From: Candidatus Hadarchaeales archaeon
GTDB taxonomy: Archaea; Hadarchaeota; Hadarchaeia; Hadarchaeales; JAWBSP01
Direction of reading: 5' to 3'
DNA: 45,030 nucleotides
Assembly: GCA_038842485.1 (NCBI GenBank)
Contig: JAWBSP010000009.1
Location: 1 to 45,030, forward strand
The notes beneath the pieces are model-generated. The model was not told the DNA's origin. It was given only the letters and a program-made list of their open reading frames with translations, and made no database searches. This document shows positions 34,886-43,878 of the stretch, one piece after another. A program made the translations under genes and the position numbers. Numbering within the stretch: position 1 is the stretch's first letter; each line of letters opens with the position of its first letter.

Positions 34886-36348
34886 TCCACCACCCTCGGG
34901 ACCTCCGGCATCTGTTTCATTCTCGTTCTTACCAGTTCAGGCCACCGCTCCATCTCAACCCCGTGCTGGGCGAGGAAGGCCACGGCCCATCTTAAGGTTC
35001 CGAAACCGCAGCATCCAGTCCATACTTCCCTCCCCCTGCATTCCTTTATCCCGAAGCTCCGCACAAACTTGTTTCTGTGCACATTGTAAGAGCCCACCTC
35101 TGTCCAGTCGTTCTTGTAGGGCAAGTAGATTTCCAAATCGTAGGTGGCGACCGCCCCCTCCTTCTCGATTCCCTCCCTCATGTAAAAGGGGGTGGCCTCA
35201 AGCACCCTCCAGCGCAGGCCCATCTCCTCCGCCAGCTCAACCGATTTCTCCAAGGCCTCATCTCGCAGTTTGATCACCTCCTCCGGTCCTCCCAAGAAAA
35301 CGAGTTCCACCCTTCTGAACTCCTGAGTTCTTACCAAGCCCTCAACCCCTCCCCCTTCCCACCTGTAGGTCCAGCCGCTCCGGTCGAAAATCTTGAAAGG
35401 CAGATCCTCCAGCCTCACCGTTTTCCCGGAGAACATTTCATAGAAGGGCTCGCACTGGGCTGGGGCGAGCACATAGGAGGGGTTTTTGATGATCTCCCCC
35501 AGCTCTTCCTTGGGCAGTTTCTTGGTGAGTCCCAGCTTGATTTTGAATCCCTCGAAGGCTCTGGGATCTCTGGGCGGGGGACAGACGTAAAACATACCCT
35601 CCGGCACTCCATCTAGGTATCCGGGCATCTTCTGCATCACCTCGAGGGGTATGAGTTTGGGGAACATGGCCTCCTGAAAGCCTAGGGGTGAGGCGACCCT
35701 CTCCACCACCAGTTCCTCCATCAGCCAAACGAGCCTCGCGAAGGGGCCCACAAAAATCCACTGACCTCTCCCGGGGAACTCCCTCACCCACCCCAATCGG
35801 GTCAGCAGCTCGCACACATCCTGTTTTAGACCACCTTCTCTGGGTCCCCCCTCCCTTACTACCGAGGGGGCGAGCTGTCGGGGTTTCTCCGCCACTAGAG
35901 TGGAAAGCAGACGGTCCACCACTCTGGACCTGAGATCGCTCTCACCCAGCTCCCCCAGCAGGAGCTCTATGCCCCCCTCCACGGCCCTCACCTCCCCGGG
36001 AATCGGGAGCGCCTTGGGAGGTGACACATTGGGGACGAAAATTCTGTACTCCTCTGCCTTTATCTCCCTCACACCAACCCTGTGCTTTTTGCCCAGTTCC
36101 TCCCCCAATCTGCGGGCGAGCCTAAACAGGGCGTCGTGGGCTCTAACGTACCTGCCAGAAACCAGCTTCACCTTCAGCTTATCCTCCTCTATGTGCCACT
36201 CCTCAATCCGGCAGGCCTCCGCCTCTTTCCCTTTCGGTGCTCCCTTCTGGAGAAGTGCGGTTGCCCCCTTAAGGACTCTATCTACCTCCTCCCCGATTTC
36301 ATCGAGCCTCCTGCTAAACCTGACCTCCCCTCTCAGCCAGAACCTCAT
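34882..36348 (-). CDS. serS: Seryl-tRNA synthetase, methanogen type
   Basis: L.KGAP, SGRYVRAHDA, FPGRGQW, FPKLIPLEVM, AQCEPFY, DRSGWTYRWEGGG, EF.R.ELV, WTGC.G.G. Confidence 0.93.
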   Translation of the reverse strand: MRFWLRGEVRFSRRLDEIGEEVDRVLKGATALLQKGAPKGKEAEACRIEEWHIEEDKLKVKLVSGRYVRAHDALFRLARRLGEELGKKHRVGVREIKAEEYRIFVPNVSPPKALPIPGEVRAVEGGIELLLGELGESDLRSRVVDRLLSTLVAEKPRQLAPSVVREGGPREGGLKQDVCELLTRLGWVREFPGRGQWIFVGPFARLVWLMEELVVERVASPLGFQEAMFPKLIPLEVMQKMPGYLDGVPEGMFYVCPPPRDPRAFEGFKIKLGLTKKLPKEELGEIIKNPSYVLAPAQCEPFYEMFSGKTVRLEDLPFKIFDRSGWTYRWEGGGVEGLVRTQEFRRVELVFLGGPEEVIKLRDEALEKSVELAEEMGLRWRVLEATPFYMREGIEKEGAVATYDLEIYLPYKNDWTEVGSYNVHRNKFVRSFGIKECRGREVWTGCCGFGTLRWAVAFLAQHGVEMERWPELVRTRMKQMPEVPRVVE

Positions 36349-36584
36349 CCCTCAAGAACCCTCTCTGCCATGGAGGCGCAGGAGAAGAGGTCTTCTAACG
36401 TGGCCATGAGGGTTTTGAGTTCCCCATCCACGCTCACTTCGGTTCTGACCCTCTTCCCCCTCCTGATCGAGTGCACCCTCACGCCCTCTGGGGCCCCCCG
36501 GTTGCAGGGTTCGAGAGCATCGACCACTGCTCTCGCCATTCTCTCGTTCTCCTCACTCCACTCCAGTTTTGCCCGCAGTTTCAT
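36345..36584 (-). CDS. pcc1: KEOPS subunit Pcc1
   Basis: 79 aa, A..V..ALEP.N...L.ATL.D; conserved rps15-RecJ-pcc1-rps3ae context. Confidence 0.82.
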   Translation of the reverse strand: MKLRAKLEWSEENERMARAVVDALEPCNRGAPEGVRVHSIRRGKRVRTEVSVDGELKTLMATLEDLFSCASMAERVLEG

Positions 36585-37923
36585 AGGTCTCGCTCAAAGC
36601 CTCCTCGAGGATGAGGAGAAAGTCCCCCACTTTGTTTTTGGGTATATAGGCCGCAGCGGACGCATCATGTCCCCCGCCGGCTCCACCCACTCTTCTTGCT
36701 GCTTTATTCAAAGCCAAGCCTAGGTTGTAGCCCTTCGTTAGGTGGTGGACTCTGCCGGAAATCTTGAACTGGTTGCCCGATTCCACCAAGGCGATCACGG
36801 GCAAATCGGAGGGAAGGAGCCCTGCCTCGAGACCAAGCGAGAGGACCTCCCCTGCCATCATCGCGTCCACTGGCATCCGGAGATACCTCATGTGGGTGGA
36901 GGAGGTAATCGAACTCTTATTGGATTCCAACCATTGGAGGGCGGCTAGAATTTTTTTCACATATTCCAGAAACACGGTGTACGCCTCAGAGCTGAGAGAG
37001 GGATCGCCGAGGAGCCTCCCAAATCCCAGCTCCGGTTTCCCCATCATCCCGCATGCCTGGGCGATGATGGCCTCCTCGTGGACGTACCTTCCGTCAGAGT
37101 AAACGGGTCCCCAAAGGGCATGCCGCAGTTGCCCCGATGCGGAGCCGAGGTGAGAGAGAATGGAATTCAAAATTTTTTCCTCCTCACCCACCTGTTCCAA
37201 GGTGCTGGAGCGCCCCAAACCAACCTCCTCCAAGATGGAATCACAAACCTTCTCGTTACCCGAAATTCCCGGAAGGTATGGTCTAACGGAGTGATAGAGG
37301 GCATCAAAGAGGGGCCTGCTCCTCACTATCCTCAGCCCGGTTTTCGATTTCAACCTCCCTTCCCCAATGGCACTTTCCACCAGCTGGCGGTTCAATCCTG
37401 AGAACCCTTCCACGCCTTCCTGGCGGTCACCTAGGGCACCCACCACGGCCAGCCAAACCAACCGTCGCAGGCTTTTCTCCAGCCTCTCCACCACACAGTA
37501 AACCAAACCAGCCGCGCTCACCTCTATCCCCCCGTCCACTCCTAGATGGTGCGGGTTCAGGTAGGAGAGGGAGGGGTGGGAGAGCGGGGGACCCTGGTGG
37601 TGATCTATGAGCAGGGTATGGTGTCCCGTGTCCAGCAGGCATTTCTGGATGGCCTCAACTTCCCCGCTTCCTTGGTCGAGAAAGACCAGAAGCTTCTTTC
37701 TCTCCTGCGCCTCGGCGACTCTTATCATGTCTTTGGTTCCGAAGGGGTGGGTGAACCTCAGGTGGAAGGGAATGTCCCGCAGATGGAGGAATGAAACGAG
37801 TAGAGCTGAGGCCGCCATGCCATCCGCGTCCCCGTGGCTGAAGATTTCCACCTCCAGGTTCTTACCCTTTTCCGCCAGGAAGTCGGCGGCTTCGCCCACC
37901 GCTTGCTCAAATTCACTTGACAA
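36553..37923 (-). CDS. RecJ-like DHH/DHHA1 phosphoesterase
   Basis: SHGDADG, FLDQGS, IDHH, GALGD.Q, GGGHDASA; likely TTG start at 37923. Confidence 0.88.
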   Translation of the reverse strand: MSSEFEQAVGEAADFLAEKGKNLEVEIFSHGDADGMAASALLVSFLHLRDIPFHLRFTHPFGTKDMIRVAEAQERKKLLVFLDQGSGEVEAIQKCLLDTGHHTLLIDHHQGPPLSHPSLSYLNPHHLGVDGGIEVSAAGLVYCVVERLEKSLRRLVWLAVVGALGDRQEGVEGFSGLNRQLVESAIGEGRLKSKTGLRIVRSRPLFDALYHSVRPYLPGISGNEKVCDSILEEVGLGRSSTLEQVGEEEKILNSILSHLGSASGQLRHALWGPVYSDGRYVHEEAIIAQACGMMGKPELGFGRLLGDPSLSSEAYTVFLEYVKKILAALQWLESNKSSITSSTHMRYLRMPVDAMMAGEVLSLGLEAGLLPSDLPVIALVESGNQFKISGRVHHLTKGYNLGLALNKAARRVGGAGGGHDASAAAYIPKNKVGDFLLILEEALSETYETAGKTGVE

Positions 37924-38296
37924 GGAGAGCGGCTTTCTCCCTCTCATACTTCCAGTCCTTTGGGAGTTTTCCGCGCCTGATGTAGTACCTTGCGAGGGCG
38001 TTGATCTTCCCCTCCAGAATTTCTAGGGCACGCTTGGAGCGGAAATCCTTCCGATGCCTCGCCAGATGATTGAGTAGCGTGACAGCTTTTCTGAGCAGAT
38101 TGGTGAGATCCTCCGGAATCTCCCTCTTGAACCCGAGCTCCAGCAGGATTTCGCTCAGGCTCTTCCCGGTTGCCTTTTTCACGTCTCCTATTCCATACTG
38201 GTCCCTTAGGATGAGTCCTATTTTGCTGGGTGGGTGCCCTTCCCTGGCTAGCTTCTCCACAAGCCTAGAAATCTGCGCTGGGTCAAGCTCCCTCAA
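37913..38296 (-). CDS. rps15: 30S ribosomal protein uS15
   Basis: G..PS.IG.ILRDQYGI..VK, IPEDL..L..KAV, H.KD..SKR.L, L.RYY...GKLP.DWKY; likely TTG start at 38296 overlapping rdgB stop. Confidence 0.92.
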   Translation of the reverse strand: MRELDPAQISRLVEKLAREGHPPSKIGLILRDQYGIGDVKKATGKSLSEILLELGFKREIPEDLTNLLRKAVTLLNHLARHRKDFRSKRALEILEGKINALARYYIRRGKLPKDWKYEREKAALLVK

Positions 38297-38850
38297 TTTC
38301 TCCTCACCAGCCAACTGAAGAAGTTTTCCAAGGCCTTTCCCCGATGGGAGCACTGGTTTTTCTCGCTCACGGACATCTCGGCGAAGGTCAGCTCCTTCCC
38401 CTCCGGTTTGAAGATGGGGTCATAGCCGAAACCTCCCGTTCCCCTCATCTCCTCAGCAATGCTCCCCCTCACCTCACCCGAGAACACGAAGACCTCCGTT
38501 GCACTCTGGCAGTAGCCAACGGCGGATTTGAACTCGGCCCTCCTGTTACCAACCTTTTCCAGCAGCTTCAGGATTCCCCTGTTGCCGATGGTCCTGAAAA
38601 CGTAGCTGGAGTAGGGCCCCGGGAATCCCCCCAGCGCCTCCACGAAGAGACCGGAATCCTCCACGAAACAGGGGCGCTTCAGCATGGCGTAGGCCTGCTG
38701 GGCCCCAACCTTCACGATGTCCTCCAGCCTATCGGACTGAATCTCCAGGTAGGGAAGCGGGACCTGCTCCACCTCGATGCCAAACTTGAGCGCTATCTCC
38801 TTTGCCTCCCTCGCCTTTCCCTCATTGGTGGTAACGAAGCTCAGCGCCAT
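38293..38850 (-). CDS. rdgB: XTP/dITP diphosphatase (Ham1/RdgB)
   Basis: FVTTN.GK..E, EDSGL...AL.GFPGPYS, GFGYDPIF, SHRGKA. Confidence 0.95.
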   Translation of the reverse strand: MALSFVTTNEGKAREAKEIALKFGIEVEQVPLPYLEIQSDRLEDIVKVGAQQAYAMLKRPCFVEDSGLFVEALGGFPGPYSSYVFRTIGNRGILKLLEKVGNRRAEFKSAVGYCQSATEVFVFSGEVRGSIAEEMRGTGGFGYDPIFKPEGKELTFAEMSVSEKNQCSHRGKALENFFSWLVRRN

Positions 38851-39509
38851 ACCCTCTCCTCTTTGGGGACATATCTCCCACGCTTGCTTATCTCCTCAGC
38901 CCTTTTTATTATTTGCCCAGCCCCTTCCCCGAACTCCTCCCTGTAGCCGGCTAGGATGTTGCGGTAGCACTCGTGGGCTATTTCAAAGTGGGTGCTTTCG
39001 AGGGCCCTCCTGCAGAGGTGCAGATCCACTCCTCTGGCCTCCACCGAGGAGTCGTGCCCGCTCAGACCGAAGTCCAGCAGGTAAATCCTGCCATTCCTCA
39101 CAATCATGTTGGAGGTGGTGAGATCCCCGTGCACCACCCCTGCCTTGTGAAGTCTGGCTATGGTCCTCCCTAGGTTCCGACAGAGCTCCCTCCTCTCCCT
39201 CGCTCCCAGCCTTCCCAGCAGCTCTTTGATTCTTTCCCCCTCGACGAACTCCATAACCAGCTTTGCCTCCCTCCTGTCAACCAGATAAACGGTGGGGGTG
39301 GAGACGCCCGCCTCCTTGGCTTCCGAGAGCAATTTGGCCTCCAGCAAGGTTCTGGAACGTCTGAGCCTCTCGTCTATTTCCCGGACCCTGTAGCGTTTCG
39401 GGATCCTGTGTTTTACCACCACCCGTCCTTCCCCGTAACCGAAGAGCTCTGCAAAATCCTGCAGGTAGAGGTTGGCCTCGGCACCCTTCTTTATCAGCAC
39501 AGCTGGCAT
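38841..39509 (-). CDS. bud32: KEOPS kinase Bud32
   Basis: KGAEA, K.R.PK.YR, RT..EA.LL, HGDLTTSN, DFGL, VDL, RGRY; start at ATG 39509. Confidence 0.94.
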   Translation of the reverse strand: MPAVLIKKGAEANLYLQDFAELFGYGEGRVVVKHRIPKRYRVREIDERLRRSRTLLEAKLLSEAKEAGVSTPTVYLVDRREAKLVMEFVEGERIKELLGRLGARERRELCRNLGRTIARLHKAGVVHGDLTTSNMIVRNGRIYLLDFGLSGHDSSVEARGVDLHLCRRALESTHFEIAHECYRNILAGYREEFGEGAGQIIKRAEEISKRGRYVPKEERVWR

Positions 39510-39537
39510 ACAAAATCCTATCCTGAAACTATAACTG

Positions 39538-40137
39538 ATGAAGGCCCTGATGTTCGACTTGGACGGCGTCTTGGTCGAGTCCGTGGATGTTTGGCTTTCC
39601 GCCTTCAACGATACCCTTCGAGAGCTGGGGCTCCCCCCCATCTCGAAGGAGGAGTTCCTGCGGAAACACTGGGGGAAGAGCACGGTTGAGAACTTCCGCC
39701 TCCTAGGGCTAGGGATGGAGGCGGTCGAGCGGTGCTGGCAGAAATACCTGAGTCGGCTGGGGGAGATCAAGCTTTTTCCCGCCACCAGAGAGGTGCTGGA
39801 GCGGGTCAAAAGGAGGTACAAAACGGCGCTCGTAACCAATACCCCTCAGGAGGGCGTGAAAAGAGTCTTGAGCATGCTGGGGATCGGCAACCTCTTCGAC
39901 GCGGTGGTTACGGGGGATGAGGCGAAGGAGGGAAAACCATCCCCCGAGCTCGTCCTCCTTGCCTGCAGAAAACTGGGGGTCCCTCCCGCCGAGGCCGTGC
40001 TGGTGGGGGACACCAAGGCCGATGTCGATGCTGGGAGGGCTGCCGGCTGCAAGGTGATTGGGGTGGGAATTGAGGCGGATTATACCATTTCCAACATCTC
40101 GGAGCTGGAAACCGTGCTCTCGAGACTGGATTCATGA
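39538..40137 (+). CDS. HAD-superfamily phosphatase
   Basis: FDLDGVL, VTN, KPSP, VGDT..D..AG. Confidence 0.92.
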   Translation: MKALMFDLDGVLVESVDVWLSAFNDTLRELGLPPISKEEFLRKHWGKSTVENFRLLGLGMEAVERCWQKYLSRLGEIKLFPATREVLERVKRRYKTALVTNTPQEGVKRVLSMLGIGNLFDAVVTGDEAKEGKPSPELVLLACRKLGVPPAEAVLVGDTKADVDAGRAAGCKVIGVGIEADYTISNISELETVLSRLDS

Positions 40138-41162
40138 ACCTGAGGACCGAGATTCATTTCGGGGATGTGACCGAAGGTTTTGGGAGGCTGAAAATCGGGG
40201 GTAGGGGTCTCCTCTGCACCAGGAGGAATCCGAGCTTCAGGCCCGAGGGCGATTTTTTCGAGCTGAGGATCTCCCCCGAGCCCAAGCTTGAGGAAATCTA
40301 TCAGTACTGGGAAAGGATAAGAGACCAGAGCTTCGACTACATCGTTGCGGTTGGAGGGGGGAGCGTTCTGGATGTCTCAAAGATCCTAGGGGCCCTGATG
40401 ACCAACAGAATGAGGGTGGAGGAGATGATAGGGGTGGAGCGGATTCAGAACGAGCCTCCCCCGCTAGTGGCCGTTCCCACCACCCATGGGAGCGGGAGCG
40501 AGATCACCAAGTATGCGGTGGTGAAGCTTCCGGGGGTTAAGCGGACGGTGGTTTCGGAGAAAATTTGTCCCAAGTATGCGCTGGTGGACCCCAAGCTCAC
40601 CCTGGGTCTGCCCAAAAGGCTTACTCTCCACACCTCCCTCGATGCCCTGTGTCACAACCTTGAGGCCTATCTGACCATCTACTCGGACCCCCTCCTGGAT
40701 CGAATCTGCGAGCAGGGTGTGAGGTGTTTCTTGGAGGGGATAGAGCTGGCCATGGAGGATGACCTGAGGGGAAGGGAGCTGCTCATGCTCTGTTCCGTCC
40801 TCGGTGGCATAGCCATCACCAACGCCATGACCTCCTTGGTTCACGCCCTCAGCCATGTCCTGGGTGGTAGGGTGGAGGTCCCCCACGGGCTGGCAAACGC
40901 CGTCTTCCTCCCAGCCTTCCTGGAGTTCTACGGAGACACCGAAAAGCTGAGGACTCTCGAGGGGCGGCTGGGCGTGGAGCTGGTCCCCTATCTGCGGAGG
41001 CTGTACGAGAAATACGGGGTTGAGAGACTGGGGGAACTGGTGGGAAGGAAAGAGGCGGAGGAGATAGCGCTCGAGGCGGCCAAGAACGAGAGGCTAATGA
41101 ACTCGGGAATCAAGCGAATAAAAGTCCAAGACCTAATGAATATCGTTCTAAGGTCGCATTAA
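40134..41162 (+). CDS. Iron-containing alcohol dehydrogenase family protein
   Basis: GGGSVLD, VPTTHGSGSE, DALCH..E, HALSH, PHGLANA. Confidence 0.9.
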   Translation: MNLRTEIHFGDVTEGFGRLKIGGRGLLCTRRNPSFRPEGDFFELRISPEPKLEEIYQYWERIRDQSFDYIVAVGGGSVLDVSKILGALMTNRMRVEEMIGVERIQNEPPPLVAVPTTHGSGSEITKYAVVKLPGVKRTVVSEKICPKYALVDPKLTLGLPKRLTLHTSLDALCHNLEAYLTIYSDPLLDRICEQGVRCFLEGIELAMEDDLRGRELLMLCSVLGGIAITNAMTSLVHALSHVLGGRVEVPHGLANAVFLPAFLEFYGDTEKLRTLEGRLGVELVPYLRRLYEKYGVERLGELVGRKEAEEIALEAAKNERLMNSGIKRIKVQDLMNIVLRSH

Positions 41163-41175
41163 GGGTATTTAAAGC

Positions 41176-42429
41176 TTACGGTCGCTTGGGTTTTCTCGTG
41201 GAATACGGGAGATTCATCTCGCTCAAGAGTTTCTCCGGTGTTAGAATCTTGAGTTCCGGGTGTTCTACCTCCTCTCTGCACACAAGAACCCTCTCTGCGC
41301 CGGGAAAAGCCCCAGTGATCTCCACAAATTTCCTCAGGTCACGGTCTCTCACGCCCCCGAGCTTCACCTCTCCCACAAGCTGCGGCCGCCCACGAACTGC
41401 CACCACGAAGTCAACTTCTTGGTCTGGAGTGAAGTAGTACATCCTAGTTCCCTCTTTGAGCTCCGCTAGAAGCTGGCCCACGAAATCTTGAGCATGCATG
41501 TTCACGAGTTTCTCAAGCGTCGGTTTGACCTCTCCAAAAGACACATCCGCCTCCTCAAAACCGTATCTGTCTGCCAAATAGTAAAATGCCTCCATGATGG
41601 GGGATTTGAGCCTGAGGTAGTTGGCTCTAGAACGATAGATTTGCACCGATTCGATGAGATCCATCTCCTCCATGTGGCTCAGGTAGGGGGCCACCGCTCT
41701 GGGATCCGCCTGTTTCAGGAGACCCCTACCGTAGAGAGTGCTGGCGATGTCATTGGTCCGCCACCTTCCCGAGCCGATGAGCCGAAGGATTGCTTCGTAG
41801 GTGTTAGTCAGCTGTCTCTCCTCCTCCGTGAAGATCTCTCCCACCAAGGCGGGGATGCTGTGCTTGGCTCCCCGCAAGACCTCGTAAATTACCCTGAGCG
41901 GATCGCCCGCGCCGAGATGCTCCACCGTCCAAGGGTCGCGGATGTAGGGGGCGAGCAACAGGGCTCTTTCAGGCGGGAGCCTTTCGCACATAAACAGAAA
42001 GGCATCGGAGGGCAGAACGAGGCTGAGCTTCTTTTCGGAGACCAACCCCAGAAGGGGGGAGCCGGGACCGAAGACCTTATGTACCACACGGAAGCTTGAG
42101 CCCAAGAGGATGAGGCGCCCTCGAGGATGGACAGATGCCACCTCGTCCAGGAAACTCTCGGGAAGCCTCTGGAACTCGTCAACCACAACCGTTTTTCCCT
42201 CTTGGAGTAGACGCTTTACCTCCACGTAGAAACCTGAGAGGTTCTCGAAGGGTCTCACATCCTTGCCCTCGGTGATAATCGCTAGGTCTCGCCGAACCGA
42301 GAAATAAACATCCCACCTCAGCGTGTTTTTGACGAGGAAGGTTTTACCGACCTTCCGGCGACCGAAGACAAGTAACCAACCCGGTGCTTCGGCTATCTCC
42401 CCTGCCTCCTTTCTTTGTATAACATTCAT
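41176..42429 (-). CDS. Archaeal ATPase with wHTH and C-terminal PD-(D/E)xK nuclease-like domain
   Basis: FGRRKVGKT (Walker A), VVVDEFQ (Walker B), LLGS, EVDFV...GEVK. Confidence 0.85.
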   Translation of the reverse strand: MNVIQRKEAGEIAEAPGWLLVFGRRKVGKTFLVKNTLRWDVYFSVRRDLAIITEGKDVRPFENLSGFYVEVKRLLQEGKTVVVDEFQRLPESFLDEVASVHPRGRLILLGSSFRVVHKVFGPGSPLLGLVSEKKLSLVLPSDAFLFMCERLPPERALLLAPYIRDPWTVEHLGAGDPLRVIYEVLRGAKHSIPALVGEIFTEEERQLTNTYEAILRLIGSGRWRTNDIASTLYGRGLLKQADPRAVAPYLSHMEEMDLIESVQIYRSRANYLRLKSPIMEAFYYLADRYGFEEADVSFGEVKPTLEKLVNMHAQDFVGQLLAELKEGTRMYYFTPDQEVDFVVAVRGRPQLVGEVKLGGVRDRDLRKFVEITGAFPGAERVLVCREEVEHPELKILTPEKLLSEMNLPYSTRKPKRP

Positions 42430-42468
42430 TAGCTAACCACTATTAGCTAACTATGGTTAGTATAAAAA
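42429..42468 (-). promoter_or_regulatory. Operator-like repeats at 14-bp period between TATA and start of the ATPase gene
   Basis: TTAGCTAA 42429, TTAGCTAA 42443, TTAGTATA 42457; inverted pair CTAACCA/TGGTTAG; minus-strand TTTTTATA at 42461-42468. Confidence 0.6.
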
Positions 42469-42666
42469 TTTTTCGGCTCATGGGAAAAGCTGGGGTTCGA
42501 AGAAGAAATCGGTTTGGGGCGAAAAGTACAGACTTGTGAAGGAATAATTTAGTGCAGTTTGTGTGCAAATTGCGCGCAAGTTTGTTCGGAGAAGATGAAG
42601 GAAAAACGATTGCAACCTCAACATCACGGCGGAGGAAGAGCACAACTACCGAATTCTCAAAACTCG

Positions 42667-43848
42667 CTAAGGCCTGACGGTCACCTTGCAGAGGCTTTTG
42701 TCTGTCTGGAGCCTCCGGAGATACTCAGGGACCTCTTCAAGTTTGATTTCCTTCGAGATCATGGGAGTCAAATCCATACCGGAGCGCATCAGTGAAATCA
42801 CGTTCCAGAAGGTCCCGTGTCCAGAGTGCCCCTGAGAGCCCACTATCTGCGCCCTCCTGACCTGGTAGACCTCACAGGTGATGGGGGTTGGAACAGGGGA
42901 CCTCGCCACCACCACCAGCGTGGCGTTCACCTGCCTGCCCAGCCATATGCACTTCTCTATCTGCGGGACTACTCTGTCCGGGATCCCGCTCGCCTCCAAG
43001 TAGAGCTTCGCCCCCATCCCCGAGGTTATATCTAGAACCCTCTCCACGAAATCTTCCTTCAGGGGATCGATGGTGTGGGTTGCTCCCAACCTCTTGGCCA
43101 TCTCCCTCCTCCCGGCCTCAGGCTCGGAGAGGATTACCTCAGCCGCCCCCGCTCTCCTCATGATGGCGCAGGCGGCAAGCCCTATGGGTCCCCCGCCAAC
43201 AATCACCACCGATTCTCCCGGTCTTATGCCTCCGCCCCTCACTATCAGGGCGGTGTAAGCAACACTAGTGGGCTCCACAAGCGAGCCGGCGAGGAATAGT
43301 CTGTCCCCCGAGTACACGCCCTCCAGCGGCTTCAGGGACCAGAGGTATTTGGCATCCACCTTGACGTACTCCGCGTATCCTCCATCGACGGTGAAACCCA
43401 GCTCCTCTAGGCGCTCGCAGTGGTTGGGAAAACCGTCAGCGCAGGGCTTGCAGGTTCCGCACCAGAGCATCTCCTCGGTGGTCACCGGCTCCCCCGGCTC
43501 GAAGGGCTTGTTCGTTCTCCGGTTTATGGCTCGCGGCCCAGCCCGTTCCACCTCCCCCGAGATTTCATGCCCCAGAACGCAGGGAAAGGCGGTGAGACCG
43601 GGGTAGAGGATGTATCCCTCGGCATCCGTCTGCGCCATGTGGACATCCGAGCCGCATATCCCGCAGGCCCTGACCCTGAGTAGCACCTCGGTCGGGCCCA
43701 CCTCTGGCACGGGCTTCTCCACCACCTTCACCTCCGGGTTCTTCCAGACCTGACTTCCCAGCCAAGTCAGCTTTCCCTCGATGTCCTTGGGCCCCAGCTT
43801 GAACCCCTTTCTTGGGGCCCACTCAGCGAAAAGAGCAACCGCCCGCAT
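42667..43848 (-). CDS. iolM: scyllo-inosose 3-dehydrogenase (Zn-dependent MDR)
   Basis: N-terminus W.PR..FKLGPKDIEGKLTWLGS.VW matches my recollection of Thermotoga IolM; CGICGSDVH, GHE, C..C..C.......C, GSQGHSGHG. Confidence 0.85.
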   Translation of the reverse strand: MRAVALFAEWAPRKGFKLGPKDIEGKLTWLGSQVWKNPEVKVVEKPVPEVGPTEVLLRVRACGICGSDVHMAQTDAEGYILYPGLTAFPCVLGHEISGEVERAGPRAINRRTNKPFEPGEPVTTEEMLWCGTCKPCADGFPNHCERLEELGFTVDGGYAEYVKVDAKYLWSLKPLEGVYSGDRLFLAGSLVEPTSVAYTALIVRGGGIRPGESVVIVGGGPIGLAACAIMRRAGAAEVILSEPEAGRREMAKRLGATHTIDPLKEDFVERVLDITSGMGAKLYLEASGIPDRVVPQIEKCIWLGRQVNATLVVVARSPVPTPITCEVYQVRRAQIVGSQGHSGHGTFWNVISLMRSGMDLTPMISKEIKLEEVPEYLRRLQTDKSLCKVTVRP

Positions 43849-43878
43849 CCTCCTAAATTCTCCTATATATAAAATCCG

